From Candidatus Levyibacteriota bacterium (GTDB lineage Bacteria; Patescibacteriota; Microgenomatia; Levybacterales; UBA12049): a stretch of DNA of 64,000 bases. Position numbers and translations under genes: made by a program. Positions 28,605 to 38,698 of the stretch are shown piece by piece. The stretch covers positions 31,000 to 94,999 of the forward strand of contig JACQHJ010000002.1 in the NCBI GenBank assembly GCA_016199085.1, written 5' to 3'. The stretch's first letter is position 1, and every line of letters begins with the position of its first letter. The notes under the pieces are model-generated. The model did not search any database. It worked only from the letters and a program-made list of their open reading frames with translations, and was not told the origin of the DNA.

Positions 28605-29303
28605 ATGTTAAAAAAACTTAAGATTGATATTAAGAAATCTGCCAACCCCAAGAAAGCTTCTTTTTTGCAAAGATTCTTTAAAACCAGTGAGGGCGAATAT
28701 GGATTCGGAGATGTATTTATCGGATTAACTGTTCCTAAATCAAGAGAGATTGCAATTAAATATAAGGATTTGGATTTTAATGATATCTTAACTCTTCTAA
28801 AGTCCCCGGTGCATGAAGAAAGACTTATTGCTCTTTTAATTTTAGTTCATCAGTATGAAAAAGAAGAGATGCTTCAGCGAAGAATTTATGAATTTTATCT
28901 TAAGAATACAAAATATATTAACAATTGGGATTTGGTTGATTTATCTTCCGATAAAATAGTAGGAGCTTATTTAATAGACAAACCAAAAGATATTTTGGTC
29001 AAGCTTTCAAAGTCAAATAACCTCTGGGAAAGAAGAATAGCAATGATTGCTACCTACAACTTTATAAAAAACAAAATGTTTGACGAAACACTTTTAATTG
29101 CCGAAAATTTGATTGCCGACGAAAACGATCTTATCCAAAAAGCCGTCGGCTGGATGCTAAGAGAAGTGGGGAATAGGGATCTAAAAAAAGAAGAACAGTT
29201 TTTAAAAAAATATTATAAAACAATGGGAAGAACTGCGTTAAGGTATGCAATTGAGAAATTCCCGCAAAATCTAAGACAAAAATATCTTGCCGGTAAAATC
29301 TAG
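28605..29303 (+). CDS. DNA alkylation repair protein (AlkD/AlkC-like HEAT-repeat glycosylase family)
   Basis: FLQRFFKT...YGFGDVFIGLTVP, NNWDLVDLS, LWERRIAMIA, QKAVGWMLRE are hallmark motifs of the DNA_alkylation family; ATG 28605 preferred over the TTG at 28560. Confidence 0.7.
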   Translation: MLKKLKIDIKKSANPKKASFLQRFFKTSEGEYGFGDVFIGLTVPKSREIAIKYKDLDFNDILTLLKSPVHEERLIALLILVHQYEKEEMLQRRIYEFYLKNTKYINNWDLVDLSSDKIVGAYLIDKPKDILVKLSKSNNLWERRIAMIATYNFIKNKMFDETLLIAENLIADENDLIQKAVGWMLREVGNRDLKKEEQFLKKYYKTMGRTALRYAIEKFPQNLRQKYLAGKI

Positions 29304-30091
29304 ACTTCAAACTCAAGATATAAAGGGAGATGATCTGAAACCTGATCCTGCAAAACTTTAAAGTCTTTAATAATTGCGTCTCTAGATACAAATATATAAT
29401 CTGCATATTTGTCATCCCTCTCAACTCTCCATTTTGCATCATAGAGATTACTTCTCGTTGTCTTAACTTTATATTCTTTTACAAGATTTCTTAATTTTTC
29501 ATCAAACATTAAAAGAGCCTTTGTTGTAATTCTTAGATTAAGGTCTCCAGCGACAACTTTTGGAATATCATATTTTTCAATAAAGTCTAAAATTATTTGA
29601 GACTGTCTAAATCTATTTGGATTATCAACCTTAGCAGCCGGTTCCCAAAAACCATGCACGTTTAAAACCAAAAATTTTTTGCCATTTTTCTCCAAAACCG
29701 TATAAATAAAATTCCTTGGGAAATTCGGTCTTCCATTCGGATAAAGACTGAATTCATTTAATTTTTTGTGAATAAAAACATTTCCCAAGTCTAAAACTTT
29801 AATGTCATTTTTAATAAAAGTTTCCTGGCCAAAATATAAAGGAAAATCTACGTATCCGCCAAGATCTCCATTATTTGAAGTCGGATAAAAATATCCCCTA
29901 AAGCCCGGGAGCGCTTCCTCGACCTCTTTCTTAATATTGGAGTAAGCGCCTTTTGAAATAATTATTTCTTTGTCTGATTTAAATATTTCCTGGAAGCAAA
30001 AAATATCCGTGTCAAGGGATTTTTGTTTTATAAATTCTAAAACCTCGTCATGTTTTATTCCTCCCCAGATATTTAAACAAATTAACTTCAT
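29300..30091 (-). CDS. Endonuclease/exonuclease/phosphatase (EEP) family protein
   Basis: N-terminal LNIWGG...FCFQEI and C-terminal SDHLPLYLEF motifs. Confidence 0.7.
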   Translation of the reverse strand: MKLICLNIWGGIKHDEVLEFIKQKSLDTDIFCFQEIFKSDKEIIISKGAYSNIKKEVEEALPGFRGYFYPTSNNGDLGGYVDFPLYFGQETFIKNDIKVLDLGNVFIHKKLNEFSLYPNGRPNFPRNFIYTVLEKNGKKFLVLNVHGFWEPAAKVDNPNRFRQSQIILDFIEKYDIPKVVAGDLNLRITTKALLMFDEKLRNLVKEYKVKTTRSNLYDAKWRVERDDKYADYIFVSRDAIIKDFKVLQDQVSDHLPLYLEFEV

Positions 30092-30116
30092 TTACTGATT
30101 ATACCAAATCAAAAAC

Positions 30117-31175
30117 ATGTGTTATAATTTTAAAATGTCAAAAAAAGGTTTTGCCATTATAGCCTTAATTTTAATATTAGTATCTGCTTCTTTTGCATAT
30201 TCAAAAATAAGTATCCCAAAACTTAATATTCCTCTCCAGACTGATTTCAATGACAACATGGGTGGGGAAGTTGCAGAAGAACCCTACAGCCTTTCCATAG
30301 AGGCATTAAGAAAAGGTAATTATCCGGGTAGCGAGTTTGTAATAGAAGAGGCGCTTACGCCTGGGAGCAACTACTCACGCTATCTTGTTTCATACTTTTC
30401 GGAGGGCCTTAAAATCTATGCTCTCTTAACAGTTCCAAATGGGACGCCACCAGAAGGAGGATTTCCTGCAATTGTTTTTAACCACGGATATATTCCGCCA
30501 AGTGAATATAGGACAACCGAAAGATATATTGCTTATACTGATGCATTTTCGTCAAATGGCTATGTTTTACTTAGGCCTGATTATAGGGGTCACGGAAATT
30601 CCGAGGGGAATCCGACTGGCGCCTACGGATCAAATGGTTATACGATTGATGTTTTAAATGCTCTTTCGTCTCTAAGAAAATATCCTAGCGTAAATACTCA
30701 AAAAATTGGTATGTGGGGACACTCAATGGGTGGTTTTATCACTCTTCGGGCAATGGTGGTAGACAAAGATATTAAAGCAGGTGTTATCTGGGCAGGGGTT
30801 GTCGCATCTTATCAGGATCTTTTTGAGAGATGGAGAAAAAGATTTATTCCCTCAACAACTCCGTCAACAAGGGGAGGGAGTTGGAGACAGGCCTTATCCC
30901 AGCAATTTGGAAGCCCATCCCAAAATCCTACCTTTTGGAACAGCCTTTCCGCAAATTCCTATCTTACAGATATTTCTGGTCCGATTCAGCTTCATCACGG
31001 AACAGCAGATACCTCTGTTCCCGTTGAGTTTTCCGAAAAATTGGAAAAGCAAATGCAGGCAGCAGGGAAAGCAGTAGAGCTATATACATATCCTGGTGAT
31101 GATCACAATCTTTCTTCAAATTTTTCTCTGGCAGCGAATCGATCGGTTGAGTTTTTCGATAAATACCTCAAATAA
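30117..31175 (+). CDS. Secreted alpha/beta-hydrolase (S9/dienelactone-hydrolase-like), paralog 1
   Basis: N-terminal signal/TM, nucleophile elbow GHSMGG, HHGTADTSVP catalytic His region. Confidence 0.7.
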   Translation: MCYNFKMSKKGFAIIALILILVSASFAYSKISIPKLNIPLQTDFNDNMGGEVAEEPYSLSIEALRKGNYPGSEFVIEEALTPGSNYSRYLVSYFSEGLKIYALLTVPNGTPPEGGFPAIVFNHGYIPPSEYRTTERYIAYTDAFSSNGYVLLRPDYRGHGNSEGNPTGAYGSNGYTIDVLNALSSLRKYPSVNTQKIGMWGHSMGGFITLRAMVVDKDIKAGVIWAGVVASYQDLFERWRKRFIPSTTPSTRGGSWRQALSQQFGSPSQNPTFWNSLSANSYLTDISGPIQLHHGTADTSVPVEFSEKLEKQMQAAGKAVELYTYPGDDHNLSSNFSLAANRSVEFFDKYLK

Positions 31176-31244
31176 ATACTTGCCTTTTTTCCACAGAAGA
31201 ACTGCAAAACTTTCTCCGATTGAGGCATTAAGATACGAATAAAG

Positions 31245-31466
31245 TTAGCTTAATATTTCAAAAGTTTTATTTTTAGACCTCTCTCCACTTATAAGTAAGA
31301 CGTCAGATATTTTAACATTTAAATACTTTGCTAAAGAGGTTCTTATTGCATTATTTGCTTTTCCCTCAAGCGGAGGTTTATTTACGTAAACATGAATCGT
31401 CCCAAGTAAATCTTTTTCAACCCTTGGTCTTTTTGCGCTTGGATGAGCGATGATTGTAATTTTCAT
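31245..31466 (-). CDS. DUF167/YggU-family protein
   Basis: 73 aa; VKPNAKRPRV...PPLEGKANNAI...ISGERSKNK pattern of UPF0235. Confidence 0.6.
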   Translation of the reverse strand: MKITIIAHPSAKRPRVEKDLLGTIHVYVNKPPLEGKANNAIRTSLAKYLNVKISDVLLISGERSKNKTFEILS

Positions 31467-31467
31467 A

Positions 31468-32622
31468 CTAGATAGAATTTAATAAATCTTTTGCCTCTGT
31501 CAGGTTTTCATTATAAAAAACCGCTTTTTCAAATTCATTCCTTGCTGCCTCAATATTACCCTGGCTTTGGTAAATCTTTCCCCTTAAAACATACAGTTCT
31601 GAAAAAGCTCGGTTATGGTTATTTAAAACTCTATCAGTTATTTCAAAAACTTTTGTATAATTTCCCAATTCATAATATGCAAGGATAGGCTCTATCTGGT
31701 ACCAAAGTGTTCTGAAAGGAAGACCGTTTTCAACCTTCTCAAACTCTTCAGTGCTTTTTTGAAATTCTCCTATATTGTAGTATGCAACTGAAAGATTAAA
31801 CCTTGTATAGATATCGTCTGGATTTTCTCTAAGTTGCATTAGTGAGTTTTCTACCGCTTTTTGCCAGGCGACTTTTTCATTTAGATCTTCACCCAAAATC
31901 TGTTTTGCGATTTCCTGCTTTTTTACCGGAACCAAAACAAGGTATTCATAGTTAAACTTTTTCCAGATTTCATTAAAATCAGAATATGAATATTGCAAAT
32001 TTTTGTTCTGCAGGGAATCATCCTGAATTAAAACCCCTTTATTTTCATCGTATCCCTTAACAATTCTGTAGTGGCCGATATCCTCATTGGGTTTTGTCCA
32101 GGTTCTTGTAATAACGGGAATATCATAGGCAATAAAATATTTAATCAAAGTTTCGTTTCCCATAGGCCTATGATAGGGGATTAAATCATATTCTTTGGAT
32201 TTTTCTGCAAGTTCTTCAAGTGTAACTGATTTGTCATCGTTATCTCCTCCGGGAATTTGGTATGGTCTTAAGGCATTACCTAGTTCTTGTTGGGAGACAT
32301 TAATTCCGTAGTATGAAAGCGCCATGGACAATGCCGCAGGACCGCAGTTATTAAATGTCTGAAAGATATGGTAATCATTTGTAAGTATTTTTCGTTTTGT
32401 AGGAGTTTGTAAAAGAATATTTTGTGCCGGAGTAGGGGAAGCATTTTCAAAATTTGAAATACTTTGGGGAATTAAAATTTTTGTATTTTGCGATTTAATA
32501 AAAACCAAGACTATTGAAAGAATTGTAATTGCAAAAGGGAAAAGTATTCCAAGAAAAATAAAAGTTAATCTATTATTTTTTGGCTTTTCAATTGTTTCTA
32601 AATTTTTGGTAGAATACTCCAT
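31468..32622 (-). CDS. Membrane-anchored peptidase C39-like domain protein with C-terminal TPR repeats
   Basis: N-terminal TM; NNCGPAALSMALSYYG Cys motif and downstream His (IGHYRIV) as in Peptidase_C39_2; TPR-like repeats (AYYNIGEF..., AYYELGNY..., YQSQGNIEAARNEFEKA). Confidence 0.55.
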   Translation of the reverse strand: MEYSTKNLETIEKPKNNRLTFIFLGILFPFAITILSIVLVFIKSQNTKILIPQSISNFENASPTPAQNILLQTPTKRKILTNDYHIFQTFNNCGPAALSMALSYYGINVSQQELGNALRPYQIPGGDNDDKSVTLEELAEKSKEYDLIPYHRPMGNETLIKYFIAYDIPVITRTWTKPNEDIGHYRIVKGYDENKGVLIQDDSLQNKNLQYSYSDFNEIWKKFNYEYLVLVPVKKQEIAKQILGEDLNEKVAWQKAVENSLMQLRENPDDIYTRFNLSVAYYNIGEFQKSTEEFEKVENGLPFRTLWYQIEPILAYYELGNYTKVFEITDRVLNNHNRAFSELYVLRGKIYQSQGNIEAARNEFEKAVFYNENLTEAKDLLNSI

Positions 32623-33210
32623 ATGCGCAAAAAAATTATAATTCTGGTTACTTTATTTATCGCCTTAGCCATCTTTAGTTTTCTTACAACGTTGTTTGTA
32701 CAAAAACCCGTACAAAGTGAAATAAAAGAAATTGCAAAACACCACTGGTTTTTATTACACAGAAAATCAAATATTGAATATTTGTACTATGGAACTTTTG
32801 GTGATGCTAATAATAGCCAACTTTTAAAGACATTTCAAGTAAAAGTAGGACAAATCTTAAGTCCGACGCCATTGCCCCAGCTTTTGGGAAGAGGCTATTG
32901 GCTGCTTATTAAAAAAGAATCTTCAAGTGAGAACCTTGATACAGCTCCATATTTTCTAACACTTGATGTGCCATCAAACGGGGAGTGGCCATACGGTCCA
33001 ACGCCATATCTAGAATGTAACGGACAATGTGACTGGCAAATGCCCGGCTACTTTGGATTACATGGAATTAATGGAAACTTAGATAAGCTTTCAAGTGAAG
33101 ATGTGGGAAGTTTGGGATGCGTAAGACACAAAGATGAGGATATTACGTATTTGTATAACACCTTACATCCGGAGACTGAGGAGATAAGATACTATATTGT
33201 AGATATTTAA
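32623..33210 (+). CDS. L,D-transpeptidase (YkuD domain)
   Basis: Signal/TM then GLHGINGN...SLGCVRHK (His and Cys catalytic motif of LDTs). Confidence 0.7.
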   Translation: MRKKIIILVTLFIALAIFSFLTTLFVQKPVQSEIKEIAKHHWFLLHRKSNIEYLYYGTFGDANNSQLLKTFQVKVGQILSPTPLPQLLGRGYWLLIKKESSSENLDTAPYFLTLDVPSNGEWPYGPTPYLECNGQCDWQMPGYFGLHGINGNLDKLSSEDVGSLGCVRHKDEDITYLYNTLHPETEEIRYYIVDI

Positions 33211-33212
33211 AA

Positions 33213-34328
33213 ATGGAGCAACCTGAAATCCCAAAAGATTTAGAAAAACCACAAATTATCCAAAATCCACAAAGGAGAAAAAACTGGATTATTAAATCTG
33301 CGTTTTTGGTTGTGGTTTTATTTTTGGGAGTATTTATTTATGTAAAACAAAATAGTGCTGTTAGATATGAGGAGATTACACAAAATCTTCCCCAAAATAG
33401 TGGAATACTTCCAACGCCAACACCTTTCTTATTTGAAGAAATGACGGTGCCTTTTCTAAGAAGAAAAACTTATGAAAGTAATCTTTCCGCGTTAGAAAAA
33501 GTTTCAGAAAATTCTAGCTATACGTCTTATCTAACGAGCTACAAATCAGACGGATTAAATATAAATGGACTTATTACAATTCCTAAGGGAAATACTCCTA
33601 TCGGAGGTTTTCCTGCAATTGTCTTTGTTCATGGATATATCCCTCCCAAAAGTTACCAGACACTTGTTAACTATTCTTCGTATGTAGACTATCTTGCAAA
33701 AAATGGATTTGTAGTTTTCAAAATAGATTTAAGAGGACATGCAAAATCCGAGGGAGATCCGGGCGGATCATACTACTCCTCAGACTATATAGTCGATGTT
33801 CTAAGCGCATATTCTGCACTGCAAGCTTCTGATTTTGTAGATCCTAAGGCAATCGGTCTTTGGGGACATAGCATGGCAGGAAATGTTGTTGCAAGAAGTC
33901 TTGCAGCAAAACCAGATATACCAGCAGTTGTCATCTGGGCAGGCGCTGTTTATACATATAAAGATTTCCAAGACTACGGAATCTCCGACAACAGTTATCA
34001 ATCACCACCGCAAGACACCCAAAGACAAAGAAGAAGAAAACTTCTTTTTGATACATACGGGCAGTTTAGTCAAGATTCAGAATTCTGGAAACAAATTCCG
34101 ATGACAAATTATCTAACGGATATTAAAGGAGCAATTTCCTTAAACCATGCAGTTAATGATAATGTTGTCGACATTAGATATAGCAGGGGACTTAGTGAAA
34201 TATTAGATAAGACAAATATAGTTCATGAGTTAAACGAATACCCAAGCGGAGGACATAATTTATTGGGGAATACTTTTGTTTTGGCAATGGATAATACAGT
34301 TGAATTCTTTAGAGAGAATTTAAAATAG
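33213..34328 (+). CDS. Secreted alpha/beta-hydrolase, paralog 2
   Basis: Similar architecture to 30117..31175: GFPAIVFVHGYIPP, GHSMAGN nucleophile elbow. Confidence 0.7.
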   Translation: MEQPEIPKDLEKPQIIQNPQRRKNWIIKSAFLVVVLFLGVFIYVKQNSAVRYEEITQNLPQNSGILPTPTPFLFEEMTVPFLRRKTYESNLSALEKVSENSSYTSYLTSYKSDGLNINGLITIPKGNTPIGGFPAIVFVHGYIPPKSYQTLVNYSSYVDYLAKNGFVVFKIDLRGHAKSEGDPGGSYYSSDYIVDVLSAYSALQASDFVDPKAIGLWGHSMAGNVVARSLAAKPDIPAVVIWAGAVYTYKDFQDYGISDNSYQSPPQDTQRQRRRKLLFDTYGQFSQDSEFWKQIPMTNYLTDIKGAISLNHAVNDNVVDIRYSRGLSEILDKTNIVHELNEYPSGGHNLLGNTFVLAMDNTVEFFRENLK

Positions 34329-34341
34329 GAAGATATATATT

Positions 34342-35151
34342 TTACTTCCTGTTATTAAGAGGCTGATCGCTAATAGGTCCCCAACCATTATGAGAATTTC
34401 TAACAGGAGTTCCTAAGTAGCCATCAGCCATTGGATGTGCATTTGCTTCTCGAAGGTGTCTTAAGAATTCTGGTACATTTGGTGGCGTAGGGTCGGATAT
34501 AACCTGTTTCCAGATTGATCTTTCAATCATGGTAACTGGTTGGACTATTTCGGTAAAATCTAATGTTCTATCTAATATGCCAATAATTTGAGGTATTGTT
34601 AGGTCTTTATAGGATGGATACATATTTCGTATCTCGCCAATCACAGCTAAGGTACGTCTTTTCACGGCTGGTTGTTGTCCATCTAAGCTTTCTAATGTTT
34701 TAATAAAACTATTACGTGTAAGAAATGCATTTCCTCTATTGCTTTCAACTTTTTTATCCAGTGTTTTTCCCTCAGCATCTTTAACCTTATCTTGATAAGC
34801 TTCCATGACAAACCTTTTATCAGTATATCCTCGAAACTCAAATCCCGTTTGGTCTTCATTTAATCTAACTAGCGCGAGAACTACCAGTCTTTGTCTTGAG
34901 CCATATAGCTTATGCTTTCCGTCCCCTGGTTGTTCGCCATCTCTTCTCGATATAGTATCTGAGAGTAGGCCAGAAGAATCTTCCTGAGGTGTAAAAACTG
35001 CTGCTTGCTCTAAAAGCCTATGTTGAGTGCGCCTTCTTTTTCTAAGTGGAGCGGGCGCTTCTCGTCTAAACACGTCTTCGGAAACTGGCAAAAATTTCAT
35101 TCTTCGCCTAATCTCTCTTCTTGATGAAGCTTCCGATGGAGCTCTTGCCAT
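34342..35151 (-). CDS. Hypothetical protein, compositionally atypical (Arg-rich N-terminus)
   Basis: 269-aa ORF convergent with the hydrolase paralog; no motif. Confidence 0.4.
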   Translation of the reverse strand: MARAPSEASSRREIRRRMKFLPVSEDVFRREAPAPLRKRRRTQHRLLEQAAVFTPQEDSSGLLSDTISRRDGEQPGDGKHKLYGSRQRLVVLALVRLNEDQTGFEFRGYTDKRFVMEAYQDKVKDAEGKTLDKKVESNRGNAFLTRNSFIKTLESLDGQQPAVKRRTLAVIGEIRNMYPSYKDLTIPQIIGILDRTLDFTEIVQPVTMIERSIWKQVISDPTPPNVPEFLRHLREANAHPMADGYLGTPVRNSHNGWGPISDQPLNNRK

Positions 35152-35344
35152 TTAATATTCTTATACAATCTATAAGCTTATCTGTCAATATAGATCTTAT
35201 CTTTACTCCATCTGATATAATTTATTGACTAATGGTTATCCGAAAAACCTCAATAACTAAAGAAACCAAAAACCCAGAAAAAATGTCATGATTTATTCGT
35301 CATTTGCGTTATAATTACAAAGAAAACGGAATAACTAAAAACTT

Positions 35345-37666
35345 ATGGCAGTAAGTAAAAAAGTTTCCAAAAACCTTCATTCTTTTAGGGAAATTACAGA
35401 CAGTATTCCCGCCATGGTTGCAATTTATAACATCCATACTGGTAAGTATGTTTACGTAAACCGCTCTATAAAGAGGCTTTTGGGATATAGCCCGGAGGAT
35501 TTTATTAAAAAAGGAATGCCGTTTGTTTCTTCCCTTGTTCATCCAGATGATATACCGAAAGTTGCCCTGGAAAACAAAAAAGCACTAAAAATGGCAAACA
35601 AGAAAGGATATAAAAAAGACAAAGACCCGATTAGCCATTTTGAATACAGAATGATGCATAAAGATGGTAAATACAGATGGCTTCATACCGACGGAAGCGT
35701 ATTTTCAAGAGATAAAAATGGAAAAGTGGAATACGTTTTGAACGCCTCCTTAAATATTACAAAGAGAAAAGAAATGGAGGAAAAATATATTGACCTGACA
35801 AAAAATCTTGAGGAAAAAATAAAAGAAAGAACTCAAAACCTCGAAAAAGAAGAGAAAAAATTTAAAACCTTGGTTGAGAACAGTTGGGAAGCGGTTTTAC
35901 TTGTAGATGCAAAAGCGCGTCTTTTATACGCAACTCCTTCAATAGTTAAGCTTTTTGGAAGAAAATTTGATGAATTTATGGGTGTAAGCGGAATAAAGTT
36001 TGTCCATCCTTTGGATATTACTAAGGTTCTAAAAAAACTTTCTACGCTTTTACTAAAACCAAACTCAAGGGTAACCTTGGAATCCAGAATAAAGCACAAG
36101 CTTGGACATTACAGATGGGTAGAAGCCACAGCCACGAACCTTTTAAAAGACCCCGATGTTAAAGCAATAGTCGTAAATCTTAGGGATATTACCGAAAGAA
36201 AAACTTCTGAGGAAAATTTAAAAACTGCTCTTAAGGATCTGCAGGATATGAAATATGCACTTGACCAGTCATCAATAGTCTCAATTACAAATAACAAGGG
36301 AATTATTGAATATGTCAACGATAGATATACTCAGATATCAAAATATGCAAAAAAAGAACTAATTGGAAAAACCCATCATCTTTTAAGTTCGAATTATCAT
36401 CCTAAGGAGTTTTTCCATAATCTTTGGAAAACAGTGTTATCAGGTAAGGTTTGGCATGGGGAAATCAGAAACAAGGCAAAAGACGGCAGTTTCTATTGGG
36501 AAGATACGACTATTGTTCCTTTTTTGGATCACCTTGGTAGGCCCAAGCAATTTATTGAGATAAAAAAAGACATTACAAAACAGAAGAAATTTTATGAGGA
36601 TCTTCAAACAAGCGAAGAACGTTTGAGGATTGCGATTGCAGCCGGAAAAATTGGAGTATGGGAATGGGATATTATCGAAAATAAAATAATCTGGTCGGAG
36701 AGAATCTATGAAATCCATGGTGTTAAAAAAGAAGATTTTAAGGGAACTATTGAAGAATATACTAAACTAATTTATCCAGATGACAGAAAGACAGTAGAGG
36801 AGGCAATTAAACAAGCTCTTTTGGGAAAAGAAACGTATTCATTAGAGTTTAGAGCTTATGGTCCCAACCAGTCTGTAATTTGGATACACACTAGAGCAAC
36901 GGTAGTGTTTGATGGGAAAAAGCCCATTAAAATGCTTGGTGCCACTTTTGAAATTACACAAAGAAAAGAGTTGGAGCAGAGAAAGGATGATTTTATTGCT
37001 CTTGCAAGCCACGAGCTAAAGACCCCTCTTACGTCGCTTAAGATATTCACACAAGTGTTCGAGCAACGTTTTAAAAGACAGGGGGACATACAAATGACGA
37101 CATACTTTAATGCAATGGACAAACAAATCGACAAACTTACCTCCCTGGTAAACAGTCTCTTGGATTCCTCAAGAGTAAGGCAGGGTAAGCTTTCTTATAA
37201 GAAAAATAAATTCAGACTCAAAGATTTAATCTTAGAAGTAGTGCAGAGCTTGCAGTCTATAACCAAAACACATAAAATCGAAGTTGTCGGAGACGACAAT
37301 AATGAAATAGTTGCCGATAGAGATAGAATTGGACAAGTGTTAATTAATCTGATTAATAACGCTATTAAATATTCGCCAAATGCGAACAGGGTTACTGTTT
37401 CTTTTAAGAAAATGGAAGATAATATGCAAACTAGCGTACAGGATTTCGGAGTAGGAATAAGTCAGGAAGAAAAAGATAGGATTTTTGAAAGATTTTCACA
37501 GGCAAGGAGCAGCCCTTTAAAAAGAACTTTTCCCGGACTAGGTCTTGGATTATATATTTCCAAGGAAATCATAGAAAGACATAATGGAAAAATTTGGCTA
37601 AAGACTAAAGAGAATAAGGGTTCTACCTTCTACTTTACTCTGCCTATTAAAAAAAACACAAACTGA
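35345..37666 (+). CDS. Multi-PAS sensor histidine kinase
   Basis: Four PAS/PAC-like modules, HisKA H-box LASHELKTPLTS, HATPase N-box LINNAIKYSP, G-boxes DFGVGI and GLGLGL. Confidence 0.85.
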   Translation: MAVSKKVSKNLHSFREITDSIPAMVAIYNIHTGKYVYVNRSIKRLLGYSPEDFIKKGMPFVSSLVHPDDIPKVALENKKALKMANKKGYKKDKDPISHFEYRMMHKDGKYRWLHTDGSVFSRDKNGKVEYVLNASLNITKRKEMEEKYIDLTKNLEEKIKERTQNLEKEEKKFKTLVENSWEAVLLVDAKARLLYATPSIVKLFGRKFDEFMGVSGIKFVHPLDITKVLKKLSTLLLKPNSRVTLESRIKHKLGHYRWVEATATNLLKDPDVKAIVVNLRDITERKTSEENLKTALKDLQDMKYALDQSSIVSITNNKGIIEYVNDRYTQISKYAKKELIGKTHHLLSSNYHPKEFFHNLWKTVLSGKVWHGEIRNKAKDGSFYWEDTTIVPFLDHLGRPKQFIEIKKDITKQKKFYEDLQTSEERLRIAIAAGKIGVWEWDIIENKIIWSERIYEIHGVKKEDFKGTIEEYTKLIYPDDRKTVEEAIKQALLGKETYSLEFRAYGPNQSVIWIHTRATVVFDGKKPIKMLGATFEITQRKELEQRKDDFIALASHELKTPLTSLKIFTQVFEQRFKRQGDIQMTTYFNAMDKQIDKLTSLVNSLLDSSRVRQGKLSYKKNKFRLKDLILEVVQSLQSITKTHKIEVVGDDNNEIVADRDRIGQVLINLINNAIKYSPNANRVTVSFKKMEDNMQTSVQDFGVGISQEEKDRIFERFSQARSSPLKRTFPGLGLGLYISKEIIERHNGKIWLKTKENKGSTFYFTLPIKKNTN

Positions 37667-37670
37667 CTTT

Positions 37671-38048
37671 ATGAAAAAAGTAATAATTATTGATGATGAT
37701 GAGAATATTTTGGAAGCCTTAAAAATATTGCTTGAGCATTTTGGCTTTAAGGCAGAGACTTTGATTAGGGACGGAGAAAGGCTTGCAAAAGCTATTAATA
37801 AACAGATTCCTGACTTAATTATTTTAGACGTTTTACTTTCCGGTGAAGATGGCAGAGTTGTTTGTAAAACATTAAAATCAACAAAGAAAACCAAAGACAT
37901 CCCCGTTATAATGATTTCCGCCCATCCAAACGCAAAACAGAAAGCATTGGAAATGGGAGCGGATGAGTTTATCGCAAAACCTTTTGATGTAGAGCACTTA
38001 TTAGACAAAGTAGAGTACTATACCGAAACAAAGTTAATAAATAATTGA
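37671..38048 (+). CDS. Receiver-only response regulator (CheY-like)
   Basis: 125 aa; IIDDDENILEAL...DLIILDVLL phospho-acceptor Asp context, no output domain; 4 nt after the kinase. Confidence 0.8.
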   Translation: MKKVIIIDDDENILEALKILLEHFGFKAETLIRDGERLAKAINKQIPDLIILDVLLSGEDGRVVCKTLKSTKKTKDIPVIMISAHPNAKQKALEMGADEFIAKPFDVEHLLDKVEYYTETKLINN

Positions 38049-38078
38049 CAAATAAATTTAAAACTGTATCATAAAGGT

Positions 38079-38285
38079 ATGATTGAGCCAAGAGCAGAAG
38101 GATCCAATGTAGTGCCTCTCGACTCACACCCAAGATTTAGAAGACAGGAAATCCCTCACCATCAGCCAGAGCCAGAAGCCCCGCAAAGACGCGGAATAAA
38201 AGCCATATTGGGAAGCTTAGGAAGGAGAGTTTTGGCAAATCTGGATCCCAACACATCTAAAAAGCCTGAAAATTCACCCTTCTAA
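38079..38285 (+). CDS. Hypothetical small protein, compositionally atypical
   Basis: 68-aa Arg/Pro/Glu-rich ORF; weak evidence. Confidence 0.25.
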   Translation: MIEPRAEGSNVVPLDSHPRFRRQEIPHHQPEPEAPQRRGIKAILGSLGRRVLANLDPNTSKKPENSPF

Positions 38286-38698
38286 TTTTTTAATTTCAAT
38301 TTTTTTAATTTCCTTCTTTCTTTTGCAAATTCATAAGCGTTCCTAACATAGGCAAAGACCCTTTCTATATCGTTTTCTTGGGTTATTTCAGTCTGTGACC
38401 ATGTTTTTCCGAAATCAAACTTTTCAAAACCATCATCTAAAGAATTGTTAAATCCGGTTGGGGAAAGAATTAAAAATAAAAGCAAAATATTGTTATCAAT
38501 TTCTTTTATCCCTCCAAAAAGGTTGTTTTCTCTATAAATACAAATCCAGCCAAAACTATTTGAAAAACGGATTGATCCCAATTCTTCAATCTGGGAAATT
38601 AACAAATCCTTAAGATCCATATGCTTAAGCTGATTATATACCATTGTTTTTGCTATAATCTGGCCCATGGTACTTGAGATAGGTAGAGAAGTTCCCAA
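38282..38698 (-). CDS. Hypothetical protein
   Basis: 138-aa ORF with host-like composition; true start may be an internal Met (e.g. 38644), which would avoid the 32-nt overlap with 38667..39233. Confidence 0.4.
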   Translation of the reverse strand: MGTSLPISSTMGQIIAKTMVYNQLKHMDLKDLLISQIEELGSIRFSNSFGWICIYRENNLFGGIKEIDNNILLLFLILSPTGFNNSLDDGFEKFDFGKTWSQTEITQENDIERVFAYVRNAYEFAKERRKLKKLKLKN

